Source: Candidatus Latescibacterota bacterium (GTDB lineage Bacteria; Latescibacterota; UBA2968; SICM01). From it: a stretch of DNA of 64,000 nt. Positions 53,428-63,330 of this stretch are shown piece by piece. The DNA lies in contig CBDCJO010000002.1 in assembly GCA_965217865.1 (NCBI GenBank), positions 5,024,001 through 5,088,000 of the forward strand, written 5' to 3'. The first letter of the stretch is position 1, and each line of letters begins with the position of its first letter. Position numbers and translations under genes: made by a program. A model generated the notes under the pieces. It searched no databases, was not told where the DNA came from, and was given only the letters and a program-made list of their open reading frames with translations.

Positions 53428-53472
53428 ACGAATCACGAATCACGAATCACGAATCACGAATCACGAATCACG
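53428..53472. repeat. Perfect heptamer tandem repeat (ACGAATC)x6 plus ACG
   Basis: Read directly from the sequence; contains the stop codon of the upstream aminotransferase gene. Confidence 0.95.
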
Positions 53473-54637
53473 TGTTTAAGATTTCCAGCGCGGCTTTCAC
53501 GCCCGCACCTTCGTGAATTTTGGTCCCCTGGACCCGGATGGCATCCTCCAGGGCGGTGAGGCAGACGACGACATTGCGTGCCGAAGATGCGTGGCCCATC
53601 AGGCCAATTCGCCAAATTTTTCCCTTAAGGGGTCCCAAACCTCCTCCGATTTCGAGGCTGAAACGTTCAAGGAGATGCCGACGTACCTTAGCCTCATCGA
53701 TATTGTCGGGCACTCTCACGGTGTTAAGCGTCGGAAGTCGAAATGCCTTATCGACGAGCATCTCCAGGCCTAAGGCCTCCAGACCGGCGACCAGGGCCAG
53801 GTGGTGTTTCGTGTGACGGGCGATTCGATTGTCAAGCCCTTCCTCGTGGACAAGGACAAGGGCTTCGCGCAGGGCGTAGTTCATGGAAATGGGTGCGGTA
53901 TGGTGGTAGACTCGGGCTTCTCCCCAGTATTCCGAGATCATGGTGAGATCGAGGTACCAGGACTGAACCTTTGTCTTTCGATTCCGGACGATCTCCATCG
54001 CCCGGTCGTTGAAGGTTACGGGAGAAAGGCCCGGTGGGCAGCTCAGGCACTTCTGTGTTCCGCTGTAGGCCACATCGATGCCCCAATCATCAATCCTTAC
54101 ATCACAGCCCCCAAGAGACGTGACGGTATCGAGCAAGAGCAGGACTCCCTGGGAATCTGCAATCCGGCAAATGTCATCGAGCGGTTGGAGCACCCCGGTT
54201 GACGTCTCGGCGTGGACGATCGCGAGGAGTTTTGCCCCCGTTCCTTTTATCGAACCTTCAACATCCATAGGATTGATGGGCTGACCCCATGGGCATTCGA
54301 CGATGATCGGGGTTGCTCCACAGCGTTCGACAATGTCTTCCATCCTCGTTCCGAACACCCCGTTGATGCAGACTACGGCCTTGTCGCCCGGCTCAAGAAG
54401 GTTGACTATGCAGGTTTCCATGCCGGCACTTCCCGTCCCGGACATGGGGATGGTCAAGTCGTTTTTGGTTCGGAATACGAATCTTAGAAGATCCTTTACC
54501 TCCTCCATCATCTTCAGGTATTCGGGGTCGAGATGGCCCACGATGGGGGAGGCCATGGCGGTGTAGATCCGTGGATGGACATCCGAGGGGCCTGGACCCA
54601 TGAGGATGCGTTGTGAGGGATTCAGTTGGTCGTACAT
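53468..54637 (-). CDS. Alanine--glyoxylate/serine--pyruvate aminotransferase (class V)
   Basis: [47 protein letters not shown]. Confidence 0.92.
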   Translation of the reverse strand: MYDQLNPSQRILMGPGPSDVHPRIYTAMASPIVGHLDPEYLKMMEEVKDLLRFVFRTKNDLTIPMSGTGSAGMETCIVNLLEPGDKAVVCINGVFGTRMEDIVERCGATPIIVECPWGQPINPMDVEGSIKGTGAKLLAIVHAETSTGVLQPLDDICRIADSQGVLLLLDTVTSLGGCDVRIDDWGIDVAYSGTQKCLSCPPGLSPVTFNDRAMEIVRNRKTKVQSWYLDLTMISEYWGEARVYHHTAPISMNYALREALVLVHEEGLDNRIARHTKHHLALVAGLEALGLEMLVDKAFRLPTLNTVRVPDNIDEAKVRRHLLERFSLEIGGGLGPLKGKIWRIGLMGHASSARNVVVCLTALEDAIRVQGTKIHEGAGVKAALEILNT

Positions 54638-54688
54638 AATTAGGCTCCTTGACCGGTGAAAAACTGAAATTCAGAATGAAATGGGAGT

Positions 54689-55536
54689 ATGAAAAAGTCT
54701 GATACCCCTTAGCAAATGACTGCAAGATAAGTAGGGCCTATTTTCGTGCAGCCCGTTGGGGTGGAAAAAGGCGATGTCCAAGCTGCGATTATCAGCGCAG
54801 GTTGCCCTTATTAAAAGACGATCGGTTCAGGTGTTCACGGTGTGGATATCGGTTTAAAGATTTCACGGGCACTTATCTTGAAAGGCTTCGAATTTCATTT
54901 GACGAGCTTGCCCATTTACTTTATCTGTTTGTATTGGGAGTGCCCTCTTACCGATCCAGGCACTACCTGTCCGTATCGCTGAAAACGGCTCAGCGGATTT
55001 ATACCACGTTTCGCCAGGCCATCTACGATCATAGCTTTACGGACCAGGTGCTTTGGGGTGAGATCGAGTTGGACGAGGCGATGTATGGAGGTCATCATAA
55101 GGGTAAGCGTGGATGGGGAGCAGCCGGAAAACACTTGGTTTTCGGGCTTTATCAGAGGAACGGAAAAGTCCTCACCTTTCCCATTCCGGATCGAAGTCGA
55201 AACACCCTTACACCGCTTGTGACCTCACACACCAAAGCAGGCAGTCTATACTACACCGATGACTGGCACGCCTACACTTGGCTGTCAGTCAAAGGTGACC
55301 ACGTGGTTGTTCGAAAAGAAGAAGGGGTGCCCAAAGGCAAAGGCCGACATCACATCAATGGCATCGAAGGCTTCTGGAGTTTTTCTAAAAATTGGCTATA
55401 TCAATACAGAGGAATCCCTCGACATCATTTCCATTTATACCTGAAGGAAACAGAGTTCAGATTCAACCAGGAAGACGAGGATCTCTTCCCAATTATTGCT
55501 TCATATCTGGTGAATCTGGTACCAATATCTTCCTAA
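54689..55536 (+). mobile_element. IS1595 family (ISXO2-like) transposase, 5' end apparently frameshifted; element ends not resolved
   Basis: CPSC...CSRC zinc ribbon, EIELDEAMYGG, YTDDWHAY, HINGIEGFWS, YLKETEFRFN. The ATG at 54689 (after GGGAG) is out of frame with the body. Confidence 0.8.
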
Positions 55537-55996
55537 TTACCTAAGATTAAAGAAGACCATTATCAGCGATCTTAAGCTCGGTGACTCACAAATCCGTTGG
55601 GTTGAAATATATCATACCCCCATCATCGGGGCAAGGGTGGTTTCAATTCGGACTGGATAAGAAGAATCTTCCTAGTTTTTGGTGGAAGCGAGGTTCTGTG
55701 AGGTGACGCATCAGCGGGCCAACGGTCAGCGATCCGGATCAATCCCACACATACCGTTCATCGTAGGCCACTCGATCAAATTGCTAAGATAGGGTCCATT
55801 ATATTCCACGGAGAGCCAAAATTTCAAATCGAGGCATGGGGGTCGGCCATATTCCCGGGGGAATGTGCCTAAGGCGTGGCTCACCGGATAAATCCACCCC
55901 CTACTCATCTCCTGCGATATTTTCCTTTTACTGCGGAAGGTATAGTTATATTTTTTTAACTCCTTTATTTGTATCCCATCAAGCCGGAGAGAATTT

Positions 55997-57199
55997 ATGG
56001 AGATGACTATGTTTCCACGGAAATTGGTGGTTGGAGCGATCGTTGTTTTCCTTATTTGGAACATAGAGGCGGCCCCCCAAACGGAAAGATCGGACTTCGA
56101 CGGAAACGGCAAAGTCGATTTCGATGATTTCTTCCTGTTTGCAGAAGCATTCAACACGGGTGAGGAACGGTTCGATCTCAACGGTAATGGGAAAGTAGAT
56201 CTCGACGGCTTCTTCCTGTTCGCTTCGGACTTCACAGCCGAAAATCCCCCAACGGAATCGAATTCAGATCCGGAATGGATGCGGGTCACCGCTACGAACC
56301 CGGGACCCTCAGCGAGATTCGATCATACCCTGGTCCACGATCCGGTTCGGGATCTCCTCGTGGTTTTTGGCGGGCGTACAACGGGGTCGCTCGGGGATAC
56401 GTGGATTTTCGACCTCAGCAGCAGCTCCTGGCGGGAAGTCCAGACGACGCCTTCCCCCGCACCACGCCACGGATATACGGCCATCTACGATGCACCGCGC
56501 ATGCGCATCGTTATCTTCGGAGGTCAGAGCCCAAGCGGCTTCTTCAACGATGTTTGGGCCTTCGACTCGGAGGGCGAAACGTGGGAGGAACTGACCGTAT
56601 CTGGAGATTCTCCGTCGACGCGATACGGGACATCAGCGATTTTCGACGCCCCGCGCGAAAGGATGATCATCTCGCACGGATTTACCTCCCAGGGGCGTTT
56701 TGACGACACCTGGGCATTCGATCTGACCCTTAACCGGTGGTCGGACATCACGCCGGCGAGCGGCTCCAAGCCGTTGAAACGATGTTTGCACGAGGCCGTT
56801 TACGATGCGACCAACGATCGCATGCTTCTATTCGGGGGTTGCTCTTCCGGTTTTGGGCCCTGCCCGCAGGGAGACTTGTGGGGTTTGGACTTGAAGGCGG
56901 ATATCTGGACCGAGCTGACTCCCTCAGGCGAGTCCCCGGCGTCCAGGAGCAACCCTGGCCTGGTCTACGATACGGGCGGTAAACGGGCGCTTCTGTTCGG
57001 CGGGGGAAATACGGACGACGACACCTGGAGTTTCGACGTGGCATCCGGAAATTGGGAGAAACTCATTTTTCAGGGGGCCACCCCTTCTCCCCGGCGCAGC
57101 CACGATATGACGATCGATCCGGAGAACGGGAGGCTCTTCATGTTCGGTGGCACGGGCTCAACGGGGATCACCGATGATCTTTGGGAGTTAAAATTTTGA
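55997..57199 (+). CDS. Secreted protein: paired dockerin-like EF-hand repeats plus a Kelch beta-propeller
   Basis: Signal peptide, SDFDGNGKVDFDDFFLFA and FDLNGNGKVDLDGFFLFA, then six PS.R..H...YD....LFGG...DTW.FD repeats. Confidence 0.85.
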   Translation: MEMTMFPRKLVVGAIVVFLIWNIEAAPQTERSDFDGNGKVDFDDFFLFAEAFNTGEERFDLNGNGKVDLDGFFLFASDFTAENPPTESNSDPEWMRVTATNPGPSARFDHTLVHDPVRDLLVVFGGRTTGSLGDTWIFDLSSSSWREVQTTPSPAPRHGYTAIYDAPRMRIVIFGGQSPSGFFNDVWAFDSEGETWEELTVSGDSPSTRYGTSAIFDAPRERMIISHGFTSQGRFDDTWAFDLTLNRWSDITPASGSKPLKRCLHEAVYDATNDRMLLFGGCSSGFGPCPQGDLWGLDLKADIWTELTPSGESPASRSNPGLVYDTGGKRALLFGGGNTDDDTWSFDVASGNWEKLIFQGATPSPRRSHDMTIDPENGRLFMFGGTGSTGITDDLWELKF

Positions 57200-57231
57200 G
57201 GAAGGCTGAGAACGGGAACGAGATGGACCCT

Positions 57232-58221
57232 TTAATGTTGGAAAAAGGTTTGAAAATCGACCACGCGTTTCTCGTCGGAGGATACCCCGACGGCTTCGAC
57301 GAGAGCCACAGTGATCAGATTCTGGTGGCCTCCGAAGTCGGGTTCCACTCCCTCGGCAATGTACCGGTAGAAGCCATCTAAAAGCACCGTCTCTCCAGGA
57401 GGAACCTCGTCCAGGGGAAGCCTTTCATCAATCTCTGTTCCGGGCCGTTGAAGGCGCAATTCCCTCCCGTCCGACTCCAAAGTTCCCCCTTCGAACTCAA
57501 TACGGAAATTCGTCCCCGGTTTATGGGCGCTGAATGTACAAAGGGCGCCGCAGGTTGCGCCCCCTTCAAACCCCACCCAGGCATAGGTCCCCGCCCCGTG
57601 ATCATACGGACTCCATTGAGGGTTGAAGCTGTGACCCCAAACGTGGGTCGGACGTGCGTCGAAAAGGGACCTCATTGTGTCGAAATCGTGGATGCCCCGC
57701 TCCCAGAGGTAAGAATGACGGACCTTACCGGAATGGTGCGTGCCTCTCCGCATACCGTACTTCGTCAGCAGGCCGAAGGAGGTTTTTCCGTAGGTGCCCT
57801 CCCGGACCAGCCGCCGGATCGTGACGGAAGAAGCTGAATATCGATCGTTCTGGCAAACCGCGACACGCAGGTCGCGGGAATCCGCCTCCTTCACGATTTG
57901 ACGGGCTTCCGAAAGATCCAAGGTAAAGGGTTTCTCGACCATCACGTGTTTTCCAGAACGTAGCGCCTCCATACACTGTTGGGCGTGAAGCTGCGGCGGT
58001 GTGATCACCACGATCGCATCGGCATCCACTTTGTCCACGGCCTCTTTCATGTCCCTGAAGCAGGCCGACTCGGGAAGCCCCGAGACCTCACGGGCAGCCG
58101 CCAGGTTTTCCTCGTTAACATCGACCAGGGCAACACTCTCAAAGTCCTCCCGTTCTGCGGCCCGACTTATGGGCCATTTCCCCCTACCACCGACCCCCAA
58201 GTGGATTAAACGAATCTTCAT
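57232..58221 (-). CDS. Gfo/Idh/MocA family oxidoreductase
   Basis: GVGGRG, ITPPQLH, GKHVMVEKP, GIHDFD. Confidence 0.88.
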   Translation of the reverse strand: MKIRLIHLGVGGRGKWPISRAAEREDFESVALVDVNEENLAAAREVSGLPESACFRDMKEAVDKVDADAIVVITPPQLHAQQCMEALRSGKHVMVEKPFTLDLSEARQIVKEADSRDLRVAVCQNDRYSASSVTIRRLVREGTYGKTSFGLLTKYGMRRGTHHSGKVRHSYLWERGIHDFDTMRSLFDARPTHVWGHSFNPQWSPYDHGAGTYAWVGFEGGATCGALCTFSAHKPGTNFRIEFEGGTLESDGRELRLQRPGTEIDERLPLDEVPPGETVLLDGFYRYIAEGVEPDFGGHQNLITVALVEAVGVSSDEKRVVDFQTFFQH

Positions 58222-59009
58222 TGCACTCCCTCGATATGAGCATCGGCTGAGCTCGTCCTCCGTCCACTGACTTCCATAAGAATACTCTCGATGAACGTCT
58301 GCATTCGCTGGTAGTGGGAACCCTTCCAGTATATGCGGTCACAATTGCCACAGATGTGAAATTCGTCATAGGTTTTCCGAGTCATGGGTTGGAGCCGATC
58401 GTCGATGGTTTCTTTCTGGACGAACTTTAAAAGTCCGTTGCAGCTCAGACATCTTTTAAAAGGCCTTACCGTCTCAGACAAGTCGAACCGAAGGAGCACC
58501 TCCCTCAGTTGGCATCGGGGGTTGGTTTCTCGAAGATAGTATCCGTGGGAGACGGAGCGACGTTTCAGGAGGCCAAGATCCCGGGTCAAAAGGGTCCGCC
58601 TTTGATCCCTTGAGATGAGGGCAAGCTCCTCATCCGGGTAATCATTCCGATACATGGTGTCGAACCCCAACATGCGGAGGTAGGAGGCCAACCTGCCCAG
58701 GTGCGTGTCCAGAACAAAGCGGGGTACTCGAAGGGGCCTAGGCCGGACCCGAAGGATGGGGGAGATATCGATGGCTTCAAAGGTGGGATAGACGGCGATC
58801 CGGTCACGAGCCTTTACCCGGTAGGAGAAATCCACTGATTCGCCGTTGGCCAGAATCAGATCGATTTCGGGATGGGGAACACCGAGGGATTCGATTATAT
58901 CTTTGACCGACGGTGTTCCCTCTGTTTGATGGGGAAATTCCACCATCCTTCGCTCGGATGGGAGGAAATCATTCAATTCGGCGTAGAACCGGAAAGAGGC
59001 CTGATTCAT
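58218..59009 (-). CDS. Ubiquitin-like plus Mut7-C (PIN) RNase domain protein
   Basis: FRFYAELNDFL, SVKD.IESLGVPH.E, FVLDTHLGRLA.YLRMLGFD, LLTRD, RC..CNG, C..C.RIYWKGSH. Confidence 0.9.
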   Translation of the reverse strand: MNQASFRFYAELNDFLPSERRMVEFPHQTEGTPSVKDIIESLGVPHPEIDLILANGESVDFSYRVKARDRIAVYPTFEAIDISPILRVRPRPLRVPRFVLDTHLGRLASYLRMLGFDTMYRNDYPDEELALISRDQRRTLLTRDLGLLKRRSVSHGYYLRETNPRCQLREVLLRFDLSETVRPFKRCLSCNGLLKFVQKETIDDRLQPMTRKTYDEFHICGNCDRIYWKGSHYQRMQTFIESILMEVSGRRTSSADAHIEGVQ

Positions 59010-59111
59010 TTGTTCAATACAATCTATGCCTTACAGCCGTTCCAAAAAAAGCCCTTCAGATGGAATTCCGCCGCGTTCATCACAAAACGCTTTAATGGCT
59101 TTTTTCACGGG

Positions 59112-59846
59112 TCACTTTTTAGCCACCCGACTGCAAAGGGCTTCGATTTTGCGGCCGCACTCGGCCCTGGCTTCGCCCAGTCCCTTTGGCGTGGGCGAAC
59201 CGCTCTTGAGGTGGTCTAGCACAATCTGTTCCGCTGCCACGTACTCTTCGCAGGCGTGGGCGACATCGGAGGCAATTTCATTTGGGATGGTGGTGACCCC
59301 GTTGGCATCGCCGTGTAGCAGGTCACCGGGAAAGACGGCGATTCCTCCGACGTGGACTGGAACGTGAATAGAGATGGTGTGGCAAAACCCGTGGGCGCAT
59401 ATGGCTCCGTTGCTGAAGGCGGGAAAACCGATCGCCCGGACCTGGTCCAGATCGCGCGCAGCCCCGCTGGTTACGAGACCTGCGGCTCCGAAGGTTTTGT
59501 ATGCGGTGCACATGACTTCACCAAAAGTTGCCGCTGCCGTAGGATCATCCAGGTCCTGGTAGACCACGATGGGGGGAGAGGGGATCTAAACAAACGCGGC
59601 GACCTGTTTATCCATGCTGGAGTATACGTCGCCGGCTCCCGGGAGCGCATAGGTTCGGAGCGTGGCCGTGGCCGCATAACCGACCATTGGGGGCATTTCC
59701 GGGAAGCAGGACCGGATCCGATTGTCCATGTAACCGGTGTTGCGAGACCGGACCTTGAAGACCTCGATCACATTGCAGATGGTCGGCGTGTCGAATTTCC
59801 GAAGAAGGTCGAGATCGGCTTGAGCGAGGCCTTTTTCACTCATCAT
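59112..59846 (-). pseudogene. RraA/HMG-aldolase family protein with an in-frame amber stop
   Basis: [39 protein letters not shown]; TAG at 59586-59588 with both halves in the same frame. Confidence 0.85.
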
Positions 59847-59925
59847 TAACTCCTTATATATAACTTAGGTTAGACGATTAGAAAAGGACCGATGCCACAG
59901 CGTGAAGCCTTGTAAAGAAGGGGGG

Positions 59926-59954
59926 AGTATAACACGGCTTTTAAGAGGTGTCAA
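59926..59954 (-). promoter_or_regulatory. sigma70-type promoter of the RraA-family gene
   Basis: TTGACA-N17-TATACT with extended -10 TG. Confidence 0.7.
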
Positions 59955-59975
59955 GCAAAAAGGCAGCCTTCAAGA

Positions 59976-61295
59976 TCATCTGGTGTAAGGAATAGCGCCC
60001 GTTTCATGGACTTTATACCCGAAGCGATCCAGGTACGCCCCTGATGGAAGCAATTCATCCCCCGGACCGCGAGCATCCGGTTCAGCAGGTGGTCAAGTTC
60101 TCTCTGCAAATCTCCAAACCGGGGTGAATCCAAAAGGTTTTCCAACTGGTAGGGGTCCTCACGGTTGTCGTAGAGGAGCCATGGGCCGTCGAGCTTCCGG
60201 ACATAGGTGTAGCGTCCGGCACGAACCCCCCGCCATGGTTCAAAACGAGGATCGGGAAAGGGGGCGATGGACATTATCAACGATGCCTCGTTCCCCTCAA
60301 AGGGCTCTCCCCTGATTTCGGGGGAATGGTCCAATCGATACCACTGTCGCAGGAACAGCTACTTCCGCGAGGCCGAGAAGGGTCGGAAGGATGTCCACCA
60401 CGTTGAATGGCTTTATGATCCTCATTCCGGGTTCAGATTGGTCGGGAGCCGTTAGAACGAATGGAACCAGGATGGATTCGTCCCAGGGGTGCTGTTTTGT
60501 CTGGACGTTCTGAGAGCCGAGCATATCCCCGTGGTCGGATGTAAAGCAGAAGATGGTATTTTCCATCAGCCCGTTCTCGTCCAGGGCCTTCCAAAGCCGC
60601 CCCAACTGATCATCCAGGGAAGAGACGTGGGCATAATAACCCCTAAGGTTTTCCCGGGATGGATGCGGACAGTTCGGGCGGACTTCCATCCGGCCCTCTG
60701 GAACCATGTCAAGATATCGCTGGGGTACTTTCCGATAAGGGTTGTGAGGGGGCCCCAGGAGAGGACGAGGGCGAAAGGCATCTTCCTGTCGTGGGACCGA
60801 ATAAAGTCGATTGCGGCGGTGGTCTTGCTCTTCCGCGTCGTAACCGTTCCAGTAGAGGGGTTCTGGGGTATCCCGGTAATAGATGGAATGGAAATAGTCG
60901 TGGGTGCAGTTCCCTACCATCCAGAAGTCGAATCCCTGACGACGGGGGCCGGGGGGTGTGAAGGCGCTGCGCTCAGGTCCGTCAAGATGCCATTTCCCGA
61001 TGTAACCCGTTTTGTAGCCTAGCCTCTCGAAAGATTGTGCCCAGGGTCGGGAACCCTCCCTGAGAGAGGAAGATCATTCAGGAAGATGCCGTTTGAGAGG
61101 GGGTACTGACCTGTTAGAAAGGCCGCACGCCACGGTGTGCATACGGGAATATTGGAGACCGTGTTTTCAAAGACGACCCCACGGTCAGCCATCCTATCCA
61201 TCGTTGGGAGTTTGAACTTGCTGGCATCCTCCGAAACCAGTAGTCTGGGCGCGGAGTTGGTCCGCAAATGCAAAGACGACGTTTGGACGGGCTAT
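59976..61295 (-). pseudogene. Formylglycine-dependent sulfatase with multiple frameshifts
   Basis: Fragments across frames: RPNVVFAFADQLR, CTPWRAAFLTG, GYIGKWHLDG, PPHNPY, FTSDHGDMLG, DILPTLL, LYD..EDPYQLENL. The probable start now reads ATA. Confidence 0.85.
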
Positions 61296-61411
61296 TGGAA
61301 TTTCCGGGAAGGATATGGGAATGTAGGAGAAGTCTTAGTGGAAAACTGTAACCCTGAGCCCAGTTTGTCAACAATATTCAAAGAGACAACAATTCGAACC
61401 TTCGGTTGCAC

Positions 61412-61439
61412 TTGACACGCGTCGATTTAATGCTATCAT
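61412..61439 (+). promoter_or_regulatory. sigma70-type promoter of the FIST gene
   Basis: TTGACA-N16-TATCAT with extended -10 TG. Confidence 0.55.
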
Positions 61440-61488
61440 GATCCCCGGACTTGGGGTTGAGATGATTGTCTAAACCGGAGGAACTCAC

Positions 61489-62694
61489 GTGGACTGGGCA
61501 TCTGCAGTCTCCCGGGAACGGGTGTTGTCCGCTGCGGTGGAAGAATTGGCCGAGGCCTTAACGAGTCAGCTCGGCGGCGAAAAGCCTAATCTGGTCTTGG
61601 GATTTATTTCCCCTGACCATCGCGACAACTATGAACAGCTTCCAGACCTGATCCACGATCGATTAAGCCAGAATGTATTTGTTGGGTGTTCGGCCATGGG
61701 GGTGATTGGAGGCGGCGAAGAGATCGAACACCAGGTTGGACTTTCGCTTACGGCGGCCTTTCTTCCCGGAGTCACGCTCCATCCCTTTCATATCGAGTCG
61801 AACCAGATTCCTAATCCGGATGCGGAACCCAAGGCGTGGGTTGAATCGCTGGAGGTTTCTCAAAGGCCAGCGGCTCACTTCATCATTCTTGCGGACCCCT
61901 ACACCTTCGACCCGAGGGCCCTCTTGATGGGTTTAGATTTTGCCTATAGCGATGGGGCCAAGATCGGTGGACTCGCATCGGCGCCGGATGGCAATGCCCT
62001 ATTCCTGAATCGGGATCTGTTCTCTTCTGGAGCCGTTGGAGTCGCCCTTCAAGGGAACCTCAAAATAGATACGGTTGTGGCTCAGGGTTGCCGCCCCATC
62101 GGGACACCTATGACGATCACAGGATGCCAGAACCATTACCTATTGGAAGTGGATGGCAAGAAGCCCATGGAGACCCTCGCGGAACTCTATGGGATACTTC
62201 CCCCGAAGGACCAGGAACTGGTAAGGCACTCCCTTCACATTGGGATTGCAAGCACTGAGCTTCAAGAGGAGTTCAAGCAAGGGGACTTTCTGATCAGGAA
62301 CGTCATGGGGGCAGATCAGGAAAAGGGGATTCTTGTCATCGGGGACAACTTGCGGAATGGCCAGACCATCCAGTTCCACGTTAGGGATGCAGATACCGCG
62401 GCTGAAGATATAGATCAGATGCTTTCTCTATATCGGGACGAGATTGGCGGAAGGTCACCCTCCGGCGCACTGCTCTTTTCGTGCGTGGGAAGGGGTGAGC
62501 ATCTTTATGGACAGTCCAACCACGACTCGAATGTGTTCAAAAGGAAACTCGGGAAGATTCCAATCGGGGGATTCTTCTGCAACGGAGAAATCGGTCCCGT
62601 CGTTCAATCAACCCATCTTCACGGGTTTACGAGTTCTTTTGGAATTTTCAGGCCGTTGGAGATAGAAGGCGTAGAACGTGAAACAGAGTCGTGA
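61489..62694 (+). CDS. Stand-alone FIST (FIST_N plus FIST_C) domain protein
   Basis: GCSAMGVIG, IGGLAS, VAQGCRPIG, FHVRD, LFSCVGRG, GFFCNGEIGP, LHGFT. Confidence 0.9.
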   Translation: MDWASAVSRERVLSAAVEELAEALTSQLGGEKPNLVLGFISPDHRDNYEQLPDLIHDRLSQNVFVGCSAMGVIGGGEEIEHQVGLSLTAAFLPGVTLHPFHIESNQIPNPDAEPKAWVESLEVSQRPAAHFIILADPYTFDPRALLMGLDFAYSDGAKIGGLASAPDGNALFLNRDLFSSGAVGVALQGNLKIDTVVAQGCRPIGTPMTITGCQNHYLLEVDGKKPMETLAELYGILPPKDQELVRHSLHIGIASTELQEEFKQGDFLIRNVMGADQEKGILVIGDNLRNGQTIQFHVRDADTAAEDIDQMLSLYRDEIGGRSPSGALLFSCVGRGEHLYGQSNHDSNVFKRKLGKIPIGGFFCNGEIGPVVQSTHLHGFTSSFGIFRPLEIEGVERETES

Positions 62695-62730
62695 ACCGTT
62701 TTAGGGGATGGGAATCGGAGGAGATTTTCG

Positions 62731-63330
62731 ATGAAAGAGATCTTGAAAGATATCTATACGTGGGCATGGTACTCGGAGATGAAGGGTTTTGATTTCAACG
62801 GATGGTTGATTCGCACCTCCGATGCGACAGTGATGGTCGATCCACCGATAATGACGGGTGATGAACTGGCTCGCATCGATGAGCTCGGATCTCCGAAACA
62901 TATCATCGTGACCAATCGGGATCACGATCGGGAGGTCGCCGATTATCGTGAACGTTTCGGAGCGGAGACCTGGATGCACAAACTGGATGCCCCCCTTGTG
63001 GACATCCGGATCGACCATACTTTCGAACACGGGAACGTGCTCCCGGGGGATCTTGAGGTCATTCATATTCAGGATAACAAATCCCCGGGAGAGTCAGCCT
63101 TGCTGCTTCACCGGATTCCCAACGTGCTTATATTGGGCGATGCTCTGATCGGAAACCCTCCCGGGAAGCTGACTCTTCTTCCGCCGGATAAGTACGCGGA
63201 AGTATCCAAGGCTCGAGAGGGCATCCGGATCCTTCTCGACTACGAATTCAGCCCAATCCTGACCAGCGACGGATCCTCCATCCTCGAAAATGGGCGTGCT
63301 GCGATAGATTTTTTTCTGAGCGATCCTTAA
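62731..63330 (+). CDS. MBL-fold hydrolase-like protein with a degenerate metal motif
   Basis: MVDPP, IIVTNRDHDR, KSPGE, LGDALIG. Confidence 0.7.
   Translation: MKEILKDIYTWAWYSEMKGFDFNGWLIRTSDATVMVDPPIMTGDELARIDELGSPKHIIVTNRDHDREVADYRERFGAETWMHKLDAPLVDIRIDHTFEHGNVLPGDLEVIHIQDNKSPGESALLLHRIPNVLILGDALIGNPPGKLTLLPPDKYAEVSKAREGIRILLDYEFSPILTSDGSSILENGRAAIDFFLSDP

Noticed and set aside
53428-53472. Tandem repeat considered as a CRISPR array
   Set aside because: A 7-bp unit with no spacers, and no cas genes in the window.
54637-55568. Candidate IS1595 ends: inverted TAATTAGG/CCTAATTA (54637, 55532) and direct ATTATCAGCG (54788, 55559)
   Set aside because: The first overlaps the host gene's start and RBS region and the second lies inside the transposase zinc ribbon, so neither is a convincing terminal repeat or target duplication.
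55726-56289. 187-aa minus-strand ORF
   Set aside because: Mostly antisense to the dockerin-Kelch gene, with no motif.
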